NCBI RefSeq assembly: GCF_001194135.2
Contig: NC_068992.1
Span: 9,262,943-9,326,942 of the forward strand
Direction: 5' to 3'
From: Octopus bimaculoides
Taxonomy: Eukaryota
DNA: 64,000 bases
Shown here: positions 24,296 through 35,992 of the stretch, piece after piece
How positions within the stretch are numbered: the first letter of the stretch is position 1
Layout of the letters: each line of letters opens with the position of its first letter
Position numbers and translations under genes: made by a program
The notes under the pieces: generated by a model
Databases searched by the model: none
What the model was told of the DNA's origin: nothing
The model's input: the letters and a program-made list of their open reading frames with translations, nothing else

Positions 24296-25442
24296 CTTGG
24301 CCATTGCCCAGTAACTGAATTGTAGCCCATCGGGTGAAATTCTGTAGGAACAAAGTTGGAACATCCAAAGACAGCAACGTTTACATCGGAATAATCTCCA
24401 AACCCGCCATTTGTTTTTCTATCGCAGTGAAATGTTCTGTTACAAATAACACCAATCTCTGAAGCTCTAATTCCTCTTAACATCATGTTTTATTTTCTAA
24501 TAGTGTTATCTCTATTAAACTCTATGTGTGGTACTTGTTGCCGTTGAGGAAGTTAATAGCACGCTTTATTTACAGCAGGAAAAAAGAGGGGGAGGTATTA
24601 GAAACTAAATCTGGATTAACGGAAGCATATTTAAAAACCCGTTGCACAACACAAATATTACACTTTGTCGTGTGAGCAGGTAGAATGCAATACCGTTATT
24701 CAAATATATTTGATCAGTGAAAGAGAACCATATCAATAAGGTAGTTACAATATCGGTCGATTACAGGAATCATGCAACACTTCTCAGAAATCGCTGTAAT
24801 ATGTAAACCTTTACATTGAAGATAAATCTAATATTATAAATTTAAATCTTAACAGAAAGATAATTTTTCACCATCAACGCTATATTACGTTCACTGGTAA
24901 AATCTCATTGCCATCATGAAACAAAAGCTAATGCAATTGTAACCAATGATAGAATCTAGGCAAAAGTGTTAAATTTGTAGTGGTTTCCTTAAATGCTTTG
25001 TTTATATTATTCCACATTATGTTTCCAATTTCCATTGTATAGGCTTTTAAAACAATGTTAACAACCCTGCTACACAATATTTCGTTCAAACTACGCTACT
25101 CTGAAATGTATCAAACCGTTGGATCGGCTTCGAAGTAACAGGAACCTTAAGAAATATGGTCAAAGTCGATAAATCTATTAACAAACAACGCACACGCGCG
25201 CATGCATATATGTATATGCATCGGTGGCTGCTATTAAAATAGCAGCCAAATCGCCATTAAATTACACAGGAGGAGGAGGAGGAGCGAAGACGTAGCTCTC
25301 TCTCTCTTGTTGCTTTAGCTCCGTTTCAGGAATAGTGTATCATGGATTACATTATTAAGTGTGTTCTTTATTTCTATGACGGTGGGGTATGTTTGAGGAC
25401 TCTCTGGCATCCATTACTACATAGAGGTTTTATTGTTGGATT

Positions 25443-25877
25443 ATCTTATTTTCAGAACATTGTGCCTTGGAATACATTGTTTAGTGTTTCCTTTATTACT
25501 TTAAGTTGTTAAATTGTAACTTGATGCAGATTTTAGTTGCTATGTCTAGCAAAGTGACCGACCACATAGAAGCTCTCTCTCGTTGGCCTATCTTATTTTC
25601 AATTACATTGTATACTCTGCAATACATTGTTTAGTATCATTCCCATTAAATTGTAATTTGAAGGAGACTTTAACTATATACTTAGCAGGGTAACTGACCA
25701 CACGGAACCTCCTTCTTAGGCTTATCTTATTTTCAAGAACATTGTATAACTTGGACTACATTATTCAGTGTTTCCTTCGTAATTTTTAAGATATTAAATT
25801 GTGATTGGAGAGAGATTTTTTAGCTGCAACATCTAACAGAATAAACGATCCCGTAGAAGCGCTTACGTTGGCTTAAC
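25443..25877. repeat. Three tandem ~135-150 bp diverged units
   Basis: Units start with ATCTTATTTTCA at 25443, 25590 and 25724; each has TACATT..T.AGT and TTAAATTGT.A blocks. Confidence 0.85.
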
Positions 25878-26325
25878 ATATATTAACATACGTTAACATA
25901 TATATTATTTTCACTTGTAGCAGCAACAGAAAGGAAATTGAATAAATAAATAAACAAATAATTAAAGATAATAATTTTATTCATAGAATTTCTCTTTTTA
26001 TTTAAGCATTTTTAGACTGCTTCTTATCTCCTTTCTTTCAAGAAAATATAGCACATATATAATGTTTTGTCGGTATTCTATTACTATAGTAAAATAAACT
26101 AAAACTAAAGCTGTATAAGCATTAATAAATAAAGAGTTATAAATTTCTATTAACCACTATTCATGGAAACTTGTAGAATAAAACAATTTTGCAGTCCATA
26201 AAATATTCACAATGTTCCAAGCTGAACCAATATTCTCGTCTTGCGTACGTGTGGTATGCTTTGAAGTTGGAAAAGTATTGACGAAAGTGGAAAGTATTTA
26301 AGAATGAATTATCACCTGACTTTGG

Positions 26326-26341
26326 TAACAACAACAACAAC

Positions 26342-26414
<73 letters not shown>
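26326..26414. repeat. (AAC)n(AAT)n microsatellite
   Basis: Read directly; abuts the LINE fragment at 26420. Confidence 0.97.
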
Positions 26415-26415
<1 letters not shown>

Positions 26416-26419
26416 GGAT

Positions 26420-26948
26420 ATATACCACACAAGTGTAACGAGTCTCTGCAGAATGTGTAGGAAGCAAGTGTGACCTAAAAAAGAAGACCGAAAGCCTAAT
26501 CATCGCTGCCCATGATCAGGCATTAAATACCAACTCAGTGAAAAGAGACATATACCACACAAGTACAACGAACCTCTGCAGAATGTGTGAGAAGAGGGTC
26601 GAATGCGTGACTCACATTGTTAGTGCTTGTAAAAGTCTTGCGCAGAAAGAGTACAAGAGCAGACATGACAAGGTAGAGCAAAACCTTCACTGGCTACTAT
26701 GCCGGAAGAATGGATACGAGGTAACGGGTGCTTGGTACCAACATACACCGGAAAAGGTAATTGACGAAAAGGATTTCCAGACAGACAAAGTGTTAGAACA
26801 CCGAAGTCGGGACATAGTAGTCGGACATAGTAACCAGAACCTGAAGAAACATCTGGAAACTTTATAAATGACCTACACTCTAGGTGTATTGCAAAATTCG
26901 GCATTACTTGGAACAGCACGCATATTGCGTAAAGTAGTGTCTGTCTGA
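26420..26948 (+). mobile_element. R4/Dong-like LINE 3' end (CCHC zinc knuckle + REL endonuclease), internally deleted
   Basis: TESLIIAAHDQAL-CRMC...ECVTHIVSAC-RHDKV-WYQHTPEKV-HRSRDIVV-LQNSALLGTARILRKV*. Confidence 0.9.
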
Positions 26949-27172
26949 GGTCCTTGTTGTAACTTGACAGACAGTACAAACTCCCGGTAGACACAATATC
27001 TTCAATCAGCAATTTCACGATTTTGGATACTGAGCTACGTCTGGAATACTCAGAACGTAAAGACAGACGAAATGTGTGTGTGTGTGTGTATGTGTGTATC
27101 TGTGTGTGTGTGTGTGTATCTGTTTATACATACATACACGCATGCATACATACAAACACACACACACACACA

Positions 27173-27857
27173 TGTAAAATATCATTTATCTTGAATGGCA
27201 CAACAGTGAACTATAATAACAACAGTGGACTATAATAACTGTTATAATTTAATTATCCATAGTCTGATTTAAAAATGATATTTCGGAATACAAAAATTCC
27301 TTCTTTAGACATCGCTAGGAACTGTTCGAGTCACTACTACAATCGGTTTTCCAACAGTTACTGAATTTTCTTCTCTTTTTTGTTTTTGTTTTTCCGGAAG
27401 CGTCTCTGCAGTGGCTGGAGGTTGGCAATCAATATATTATTTAGCTACATCTAGATGCGTGTAGGTTCATTTTTGATAACAAGCTCATGTATTATTTAAA
27501 AAAGAAAACGAAAAAGGGGATGGGGAAAGGAAACTGCACGTATAATACATAAATTAGAAGCAGCGTTGCGGATGTGCCAACACATACGAGCTTGAAACAT
27601 GGCCACCCTCACGCACTTCTCTTGAGGAATTCCGGAAGGAGCTTCGTGAAACCACCGCAGAGAGGCTTCCGGTAAAAAGAAGAAAAATTCAGTAACTGTT
27701 GGAAAACCGATTGTAGCAGTAACTCGAACAATTCCTAGCGATATCTGAAGAAGGAATTTTTGTGTTCCGAAATATTATTATTATAACAGACTATGGAAAT
27801 TAAATTATAACAGTTATTATAGTGCATTGTTGTGCCATTCAAGACACATATTTTACA
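27173..27857. repeat. Foldback element with ~200-240 bp inverted arms (MITE-like or inverted Penelope-type terminal repeats)
   Basis: 27189-27414 is the reverse complement of 27652-27844 at roughly 85-90% by eye; TGTAAAATAT motifs extend both ends. Confidence 0.9.
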
Positions 27858-27896
27858 AATAATACACAATGCTTCAAGCGAACTACAATACTCTCC

Positions 27897-27930
<34 letters not shown>

Positions 27931-28370
27931 AACCTGAACATACAAGTTCAGGTATATATCTGTAATTATTGGGGCATTGGGACATGTAACACACTGCCTA
28001 AATACCAGTCTTGAGAAATTAGGCTTCTCAAAATCAAACCAGAAAAGAGAAAGCGGATTCGAACGCTACAGATCCAAGCCATCACTGGAACTGTAAAACT
28101 TTGTAAAACTTTCCTCGAGTTTATCATTTAAGTATATATGAGCATGTCTAGACATGCAATTATATGCAAGAGAATACATACATAAAACAAAGCATAAAAA
28201 TCTGCTCATATATATAATATATACATACAAAAATACCCTGTTGTTGATGTTGAAATTCCAATGAAGGAGCCTTGGAGCAGAATATTTGTTGTAGCCCGTC
28301 TTTTATACCAAGACAAAACATGTACATGATAACGCTTCCAATCAATTAAGATCAAAAGCCATGAGAGCAA
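27931..28370 (+). mobile_element. REL-type LINE C-terminus plus probable 3' UTR ending at a (TAA)n tract
   Basis: VIIGALGHVTHCLNTSLEKLG...TLQIQAITGTVKLCKTFLEFII* ending ~28130; (TAA)n follows at 28371-28429. Confidence 0.75.
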
Positions 28371-28372
28371 TG

Positions 28373-28429
<57 letters not shown>
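28371..28429. repeat. (AAT)n microsatellite
   Basis: Read directly; lies between two LINE fragments. Confidence 0.97.
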
Positions 28430-28433
<4 letters not shown>

Positions 28434-28459
28434 CCTGAAAATAATTCGTAAAATGCGCC

Positions 28460-29270
28460 TTGCACTTAAGATGATATTGATATTACAGATCTGAACCAAC
28501 TGTACTATGCATCCGCAAAAATCTCAACGAGTCTATGTGGTGAAAAGATTAGAAAACGATAACATTCCCACAAAAGCCTTCTTGGCAAGAGCGTATTCAA
28601 AACCAAATTCAGCTACTTAGGTCTGACATGGAATGACAAGACTATCAAACCAACAAAAATCCGAAAATTAAAGAAAAATATTATATGAAAACCATATTTG
28701 ACATCGATACCACCATAGAAACCATCAAACAAAAGGTAAGTGCTAATGCTGCCCGCATAGCAAGGTATGAAAAGCACGTAAGATACTTCAAGGACAACAA
28801 CATGTTCAAAAATAACTCAAGAAGACAGGGAAAATGCCAGTTACAGTAAAGTCTGTCCCATCAAAAGAAGAAGTGCAGGAATTTTGGAATAAAATTTGGG
28901 CCGAAGAAAAAACACACAATGAAAAGTCCTCTTGGATTGATAGAATATCTACAGATGTAGACTCCTTAGAGGAGCAAAAGTGGGAGGGTATCAATGTAGA
29001 TGATGTAAGAACTGCTCTCAGGAAGTCAAGCAAACGGAAGTCTCCAGGAAAGGATAAAATTCCTAACTTCTGATTGAATGCTTTCCCAGAGAGTCATGAA
29101 CTGCTAACAAAACTTTACAACAATGTTTTGCAACAACCTAGTATGATTCCCTCTTGGCTAGTTAATGGTGCAACATTCCTACTTCCAAAAAATGAACCAA
29201 AAAATTATAGATCCATAATCCGCTTAACAACAATGTATAAAATACTAACATCTGTCTTGACTGAATATAC
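28460..29270 (+). mobile_element. R4/Dong-like LINE fragment: N-terminal region and RT domains 0-2
   Basis: ITDLNQLYYASA; PSWQERIQNQI; IETIKQKVSANAARIARYEKHVRYFKDNNMF; PSKEEVQEFWNKIW; KSPGKDKIPNF*L; GATFLLPK...NYRSIIRLTTMYKILT. Confidence 0.9.
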
Positions 29271-29754
29271 CTTCTCTGCGTACGCGCCTATATAAATTGC
29301 AAGCAAATATACTCAAAATAAAATATTTGTAGACGGCTTGAGCGTCAAAACATACTGACGAATGGAATAATGGATACGCAGTTGAATCGTATATCTGATT
29401 ACATTTATACTTCTCTACTTACAATTACTGAAGCAGTGACATCAACTATTAATGAATATATATATATATACATACGCCATTGCTTATGTAACTTCTAATA
29501 TTCAGAATTAAGTAAAAGATTTCAAGATAGTTTTTTTTATAAAAATAGTTTGAGGAATTATTAAATGAATCACGTGTTTACTGACATGATACTTTTGTAT
29601 TTGTAAGTAATTGCGTATGTAGAGTCAGATTATATTATAACAGTTCTCTACATTTTGCTAGAATCAAATATAAGCTTTTGCAGCAGATTAATATTACTGT
29701 ATTTCATTGTAATATACATACATATTTGTATACATGCATATATACATGCACGCG

Positions 29755-29810
<56 letters not shown>

Positions 29811-29812
<2 letters not shown>

Positions 29813-30105
29813 GTAGTCTATAGAATGAATTATACAGAAGGATGGTGCAGAAACAGGACAACAACGTACACTGGAGAGACAGCACGTAGCAAAGTTGGGC
29901 AGATAAGTGAACACTGGCGGTGGGATCAAAGTGGAGAAAAGCTCGGCAGTGGTCTATCATCATACTCAATTTTAACGTGGAGGTTCATTTGATAACATTG
30001 ATGTTAGGATTTTATCAACACACAGAGCAAACACAACACTCAGACAAATTACGGAGGCCATACACATAATAGAAGATAGACCGAGCCTCAACAGAAGACT
30101 TTGAA
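29811..30105 (+). mobile_element. Penelope-like element GIY-YIG endonuclease fragment
   Basis: VVYRM...WC...YTGETARS...SEH, then after a frameshift RQITEAIHIIEDRPSLN. Confidence 0.75.
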
Positions 30106-30212
30106 TGAAGTAATAACACCCCTCACTGCACCACACTCTGCAACCTAAATACAGAACGAGGGAAAATATAAGGAAAAAACATAGCTAAAAACAGTGTAAA
30201 AAACGAAACCAT

Positions 30213-30243
<31 letters not shown>

Positions 30244-30277
30244 TACAATACACACATTCTAAATACACACACACACA

Positions 30278-30351
<74 letters not shown>

Positions 30352-31264
30352 TGCATGCACAGATAGGGACTCATACCGCAGAGACAAGATGGAATAGGCA
30401 AGACAAGAAAATACACATGGGTCAGAAAATCACTGAAGGGGTCACAGAAGGGGTAAGTTTTTTTTTCGGCTATAGCACCGGGCCGACCAGTGCCTTGTGA
30501 GGAAATTTAGTGCCCGGAATGTGTGTGTGTGTGTGTGTGTGTGAAAGTCCGTCTAAATATACTTATTGTAACGTAGTTACTCGTACCCAATTATTGTAGT
30601 ATCGCCAATATTTATAACTGCACTTGTTTATACTACAACCGTGTAGTAACAATAAAATATATAACGAAAGAGGGTAACAACAACGTAACAATCCAACAAA
30701 CTCTCCTCGAACTAAATACTTTTCAGGAGAACCTCTATGGAATTTAACAATATCAAAATCTTGGGAGTGTCGGCATCAACTTCAACAGGTACCTTTACAT
30801 TTGGACGCGCCAGTTAATATATGGTTTGCTAGGCGAGCTATTGTCTTAGAACATTTCACTTCAGAGATGCAGATGTTATCATTCTTTCATTCGTTGCTTT
30901 CATACTTTCTCTCCTAGAGTACTGTTGGTACTGAGAATTGTGTATGTATGTATGTATGTATGTATGTATGCATGTATGTATGTATGTATGTATGTATGCA
31001 TGTATGTATGTATGCATGTATGTATGTATTCACGTATGTGTGTATATATTTGTATATTATCCTTATATGTACATGCAAATATAGGTACATGTTCTTTATA
31101 GCAGATCAAAATGGAGATTCTCTGGAATGCCTTCCAAACTTTTCTGTACCACTAATTTATTGTAGGATGTGAACTACTTTCCTTTTTCCTTCTCTTTCCT
31201 TTCTTTCTTTCTTTTTTTTCTTCTGTAAACATCACTCTTTTACATAAAACTGTTTATTTATAGT

Positions 31265-31600
31265 CCAGAACACCCATGATAATAGGCACTAAGGAAATCT
31301 AAAACCTGTTACATGTGCAGTAAATTTCGCATTAGTTCACTATAGATGTTCTCTTTTTCGATAACATTTGATGAGATATTTGCTTCTACTGACCTTATGC
31401 AGCAATACACAACTTTTATTCCCTACTCTAGAAGCAACATCACTTCTGTTGTGTTTGCTCTAGATTGCTGCTTTTATTGGAAAGTCTCACCAGCATTCCT
31501 TATTTTTCAATACGTGTATGCACTCTAGTTGTATTATGCATTTTGCATGACCGCCAGGAGATTCCTTTCAATAGAAAGCCTCATAAACTGTTTTGTCAAC
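31265..31600 (-). mobile_element. Decayed REL-endonuclease LINE fragment
   Basis: ECW*DFPIK...KHNRSDV...EKENIYSELMRNL...LVPIIMGVL. Confidence 0.7.
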
Positions 31601-31865
31601 ATTGTCAAGTCTCACGGGAAGATATTTACTTGACATTTTTAGGCGGCTACTGAGAATGCGAGAAATATCGAACGCACGGCTATGGTACTATTAAGATCTA
31701 CCAAAATGTGTTGTTTTAGGGGCATCCTTATCCATCCTTATATATGTATGCATAAATATATGTATGTGTGCATGTCTCTCTCTTTATAATTTAGAATAAA
31801 TTTTGACCGCCACCGACTTGGTAGCAGGGTTATGAAGGAAGTTATCTTCATTTAACCGTCATCCT

Positions 31866-32170
31866 TTAAATCTTAAGAAGGTCTTGCAGACTTTTTATAG
31901 TCCCACATATTATAATCATCTGTAGTGCATGAATTAAGGATTTTCGTTCTTTCCTCAAGATCTCACGTTCAGTTATACTTTGCTCCAGACGGGTTGGTAT
32001 GCATCCTGTTGCTCCAGTAATAATAGGTATGAAGCTGAAAGTGTAACTTGGGTACTGAATTTTCAAACTGCTTATCAATGTTCTCTTTCTCTTGCATTTC
32101 TCTAACCACATTTGTGTTCAAAGGACAGCGGATTTTCACTACAAAACATCTTTTGTTTGTATGCATTATA
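31866..32170 (-). mobile_element. REL-endonuclease LINE C-terminal fragment, similar in type to 27931-28130
   Basis: CFVVKIRCPLNTNV...EKEN / LKIQYPSYTFSFIPIITGATG...LQMIIICGTIK. Confidence 0.75.
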
Positions 32171-32186
32171 TAAGTATGTATATAAG

Positions 32187-32353
32187 ACAGCGAGCTGGCG
32201 CAATCGTTAGCATGCCGGGCAAAATGCTTAGTGGGATATCGTCTGTCTTTACGTTCTGAGTTCAGATTACGTCGAGGTCGCACTGGGGTCGATTTAACAG
32301 ACTATCCGCCCTCCCCAACATTTCAGGCCTTGTGCCTATAGTAGAAATGATTA
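32187..32353 (+). mobile_element. tRNA-derived SINE family C, internally deleted
   Basis: Head GCGAGCTGGCGCAATCGTTAGC, B-box-like GAGTTCAGATT, tail GGGGTCGAT...CAGGCCTTGTGCCTATAGTAGAA. Other copies carry the core CTTTCATCCTTTCGGGGTCGATAAAA; superfamily not assigned. Confidence 0.85.
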
Positions 32354-32499
32354 TGTAAGTAAGTATATNNNNNNNNNNTATAATTGTGAGAGGGAGCTGA
32401 GTAGCACCTATATTGCTAGAATTAAGAGTTAAAACCCTTAACAGTGCTTAAAGCGCACATTTATATACACTGACAGGGGAGATAACCGTCACACGAGTA

Positions 32500-32735
32500 T
32501 GTATGTGTGTATGTACGTGCGTTTGTACACATGTATTCATATATGTAGTTCTGAATGTTTATGTATGAATGTTTATATATGTACGCATGTTTCTGTATGT
32601 ATGTATGTATGTATGTATGTATGTATGTATGTATGCATGCATGCTTATATGTATGTATGCATATAGGTATGCTTGTATGGATGTATGTGTATATGTATGA
32701 AAGTACGGATGAATGGTTATATATGGATGTTTGCG

Positions 32736-32782
<47 letters not shown>

Positions 32783-33000
32783 GCATATTTTTGAATGTAC
32801 ATATATATCTATGTACGTATGTATGTATGTATGTATGTATGCATGTATATGTATGTATGTATGTTTGTATGTATGTATGTATGTATGCATGTATGCATTC
32901 ATGCATGTACGTTTGCGTATCTATATATGTATCACGTGGATATGTGTATGTATATGTCTGCGTGCATTTATGTGTATTAGAATATTTACATACATAAGTG
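32500..33000. repeat. (TATG)n/(TA)n-rich low-complexity tract
   Basis: Read directly from the sequence. Confidence 0.95.
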
Positions 33001-33389
33001 TTGGTATGACTGTTCAAAGGAATCGAGTTAGATAATTCATTCTACAATATCGAGTTTGAAATTCTTCCCAGTGGAGTATGTCATTAAAATTTAATACGCA
33101 GTAGAAATATGGCGTATGAATTCCTATGATAGCCATTTCTGGCTTAATTTAGGAAATATGGTAAATGGGAATTTCTAGCGTATGCTGTATATTTACACAA
33201 GCTAAAATACTTGAGCGTTGCCCGGAAAATACCTGACGTTTCCTGTTCCAATACATTTGCAGTCTCTACTTGAGATTTATTAATGACTACAGTTTCCGCT
33301 ATCTTCGTTGCTAAAGTTCCGGAGAACAGTAGGTAGCTGGATCATTAGAAAATCGTATTAAATGTAGTAGTATTTAGTTAAGTCACTTA

Positions 33390-33537
33390 ATGTTAGGAAT
33401 TCACATCACACAGGGTTTGAATTTTCTTTCATTCTTCTAAGGGTCGATAAAATAAGTAGTAAAGTTCATTCAAATCGATCAAATCCTGATTCCCTATAAA
33501 TGTCTGGCTCTTTGCCAAAGTAAGTAACCATTATTAG
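33390..33537 (+). mobile_element. SINE family C, very decayed
   Basis: CTTTCATTCTTCTAAGGGTCGATAAAATAAGTA. Confidence 0.55.
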
Positions 33538-33817
33538 TTACGAGGGTGTCTTTATTATTTTATGCTTGTTACACAAATTCGTTTTTTTTTTTTTTATATA
33601 TTTCGCTTCAATATTCGATGTTACCTGATTCAATTAGCGCAATCATTAATGTTAGAAATCAAACTACAGCTTATATGGAAATAAAAAGTACGGAATGAAA
33701 TAAAAAGAATAACATATTGCTGACTTTGCTTCGAAGTGAAATGGTTATCAAAATGCATTGGTTTAAACAAAGGACTTTCGATACAATGAAAGCCGCCAGT
33801 TCGATAAATATTGACTG

Positions 33818-33859
<42 letters not shown>

Positions 33860-34270
33860 NNNNNNNNNNNNNNNNNNNNNNNNNNNNNNNNNNNNNNNNN
33901 NNNNNNNNNNNNNNNNNNNNNNNNNNNNNNNNNNNNNNNNNNNNNNNNNNNNNNNNNNNNNNNNNNNNNNNNNNNNNNNNNNNNNNNNNNNNNNNNNNNN
34001 NNNNNNNNNNNNNNNNNNNNNNNNNNNNNNNNNNNNNNNNNNNNNNNNNNNNNNNNNNNNNNNNNNNNNNNNNNNNNNNNNNNNNNNNNNNNNNNNNNNN
34101 NNNNNNNNNNNNNNNNNNNNNNNNNNNNNNNNNNNNNNNNNNNNNNNNNNNNNNNNNNNNNNNNNNNNNNNNNNNNNNNNNNNNNNNNNNNNNNNNNNNN
34201 NNNNNNNNNNNNNNNNNNNNNNNNNNNNNNNNNNNNNNNNNNNNNNNNNNNNNNNNNNNNNNNNNNNNNN

Positions 34271-34310
<40 letters not shown>

Positions 34311-34408
34311 AATTATAAGATGTAGATATAAAGTATAAGATGTGGATATAGATTTTGAAAAGATTGAGTACTTACGCCGTCAATATTTGCAGGATCGGTT
34401 TGAGCTGC

Positions 34409-35461
34409 CTAACCCGTACGTCTCTTCTTCTTGGTAATACACTCCAGGCAGCACAGAGCTTGATAACCACGTCGAATATCTCGATCACACAACCAAAGAA
34501 TCGGATTTAGACCTGGATTAGCACTGTGTAACCATTTTGAAAGTAATGATTGGTGAATTATGTAGATATATCCTCGTGTACACTCCCCCGTTGGACAGAT
34601 GGCTGCCACAAGACTTATGGTTCGCGTAATCATTTGCATAAGGAAAAAGAATACATCGACCAGAAGGAGAGCAACCATTGAGTTCAATAATGAACCCCGG
34701 TCGTCCCTGTCTGGCGAGCAATGTGGACAGAGAAGTACTATGACAGCAATAAGCGTCAGTAGAAAGCTGATTACCACTAGGCCTGACGGAATGTAGCGAA
34801 CTATCTGTGTCAAATGATGCATGTTGGTAGAGTCGTTAAGTTTACAACCAAACAACGAGCGATCATTTGCAAGGGGTAACGTGACATCTTGCATTATGAC
34901 TTCAGGCAGTGTCATGGCCATACCAACGACCCAAGGCATGAAAACCATGATGGCACCTATAGCGCGATGTACCGGATGGCGGTAAGTGTCCGGAGATATC
35001 AGACAGAAGAAGCGGTCAAGGTGTATTTCGAGAAGGCAAAGAGGCAAAGCATCATTGAGGACCGACTTGGCAAAGGTGAATATTTTGCAAGTCAATTTAT
35101 CAAAACGGTTTACACCTTGCACCTTCACGAACAAGGCATAGGCTAATATAACGACACCTGTAAAGATGCTGATTAGTGTCAAATTGACTAGATGTAATCG
35201 GAAAAGTTTTTTGTCTTTTGCCTTCACACAACATAAGGCTAACAGCAGAACGAAGTTGAGCAAGCACACACAACCAGCTATAGAGCGATCTGTGATGATG
35301 ACAGTGTCTGAAGGTTGATCTGCAGTGTTGTCGAAAATGCTAAAAGGTCCATTGTCTTTGGTTTCATATTGTGGATCGTATCGATACCGATAATCTAAAT
35401 AGGTTTTGTTAAACCTAAACGGATAATATGGAGGTGGTAGCGTCCGCCTTTGATAAGACAT
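34409..35461 (-). CDS. Rhodopsin-like (class A) 7TM G protein-coupled receptor, divergent orphan; whole 7TM region in one exon
   Basis: 350-aa stop-free ORF, more GC-rich than its flanks. Seven hydrophobic segments; Cys at the top of TM3 (LTCK) and in ECL2 (FGCK); LDRF at the end of TM3; TM4 W and P (PWVVGMAMTLP); TM5 P (YIPSG); TM7 NPGLNPILW; helix-8-like DIRRGYQALCC with possible palmitoylation Cys; N-glycosylation sequons NKT (N18) and NDS (ECL2). Confidence 0.9.
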   Translation of the reverse strand: MSYQRRTLPPPYYPFRFNKTYLDYRYRYDPQYETKDNGPFSIFDNTADQPSDTVIITDRSIAGCVCLLNFVLLLALCCVKAKDKKLFRLHLVNLTLISIFTGVVILAYALFVKVQGVNRFDKLTCKIFTFAKSVLNDALPLCLLEIHLDRFFCLISPDTYRHPVHRAIGAIMVFMPWVVGMAMTLPEVIMQDVTLPLANDRSLFGCKLNDSTNMHHLTQIVRYIPSGLVVISFLLTLIAVIVLLCPHCSPDRDDRGSLLNSMVALLLVDVFFFLMQMITRTISLVAAICPTGECTRGYIYIIHQSLLSKWLHSANPGLNPILWLCDRDIRRGYQALCCLECITKKKRRTG

Positions 35462-35490
35462 CTGAAAGTAAAGAAAAAGAAAGTTTGTTT
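35462..35490 (-). promoter_or_regulatory. 3' splice acceptor (polypyrimidine tract + AG) immediately before the GPCR ATG
   Basis: Minus strand reads ...AAACTTTCTTTTTCTTTACTTTCAG|ATGTCTTATC. Confidence 0.7.
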
Positions 35491-35620
35491 AATAAACAAA
35501 TACATAGAAGCAAGTATTGATGGAAGAATTACATTAATATGTTTGTTTATAATTTAACGTGATATTCATGATATATATATATATATATATATATGATATA
35601 TATATATATGATATATATGG

Positions 35621-35660
<40 letters not shown>

Positions 35661-35661
35661 A

Positions 35662-35722
<61 letters not shown>

Positions 35723-35790
35723 CATACATAAATCTGTATGCATATACATATGTACATATATATATATGTACATTTTTGTGTGCTTTGCTT

Positions 35791-35992
35791 GTGTTTGTCC
35801 TCCCACCATCGCTTTGACAACCGATGTAGGTGTGTTTATCCTCCGCAACTTAGCGGTTGGGTAAAAGAGACCGATAGAATAAGTAATAGGTTTAAAAAAA
35901 GAATACGTCCTGGGGTCGATTTGTTTGACTAAAGGCGGTGCTCCAGCCTGTCCGCAGTCAAATGACTGAAACAAGTAAAAGAGTAAAAGAGT
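35791..35992 (+). mobile_element. SINE family B 3' half in the intron upstream of the GPCR exon
   Basis: CCATCGCTTTGACAACCGATG...GGGGTCGATTTGTTTGACTAAAGGCGGTGCTCCAGC...GTAAAAGAGTAAAAGAG. Confidence 0.9.

Noticed and set aside
23866-24486. Minus-strand ORF MMLRGIRASEIG...
   Set aside because: Only ~64 non-repetitive codons before (TG)n and a gap; no recognisable motif.
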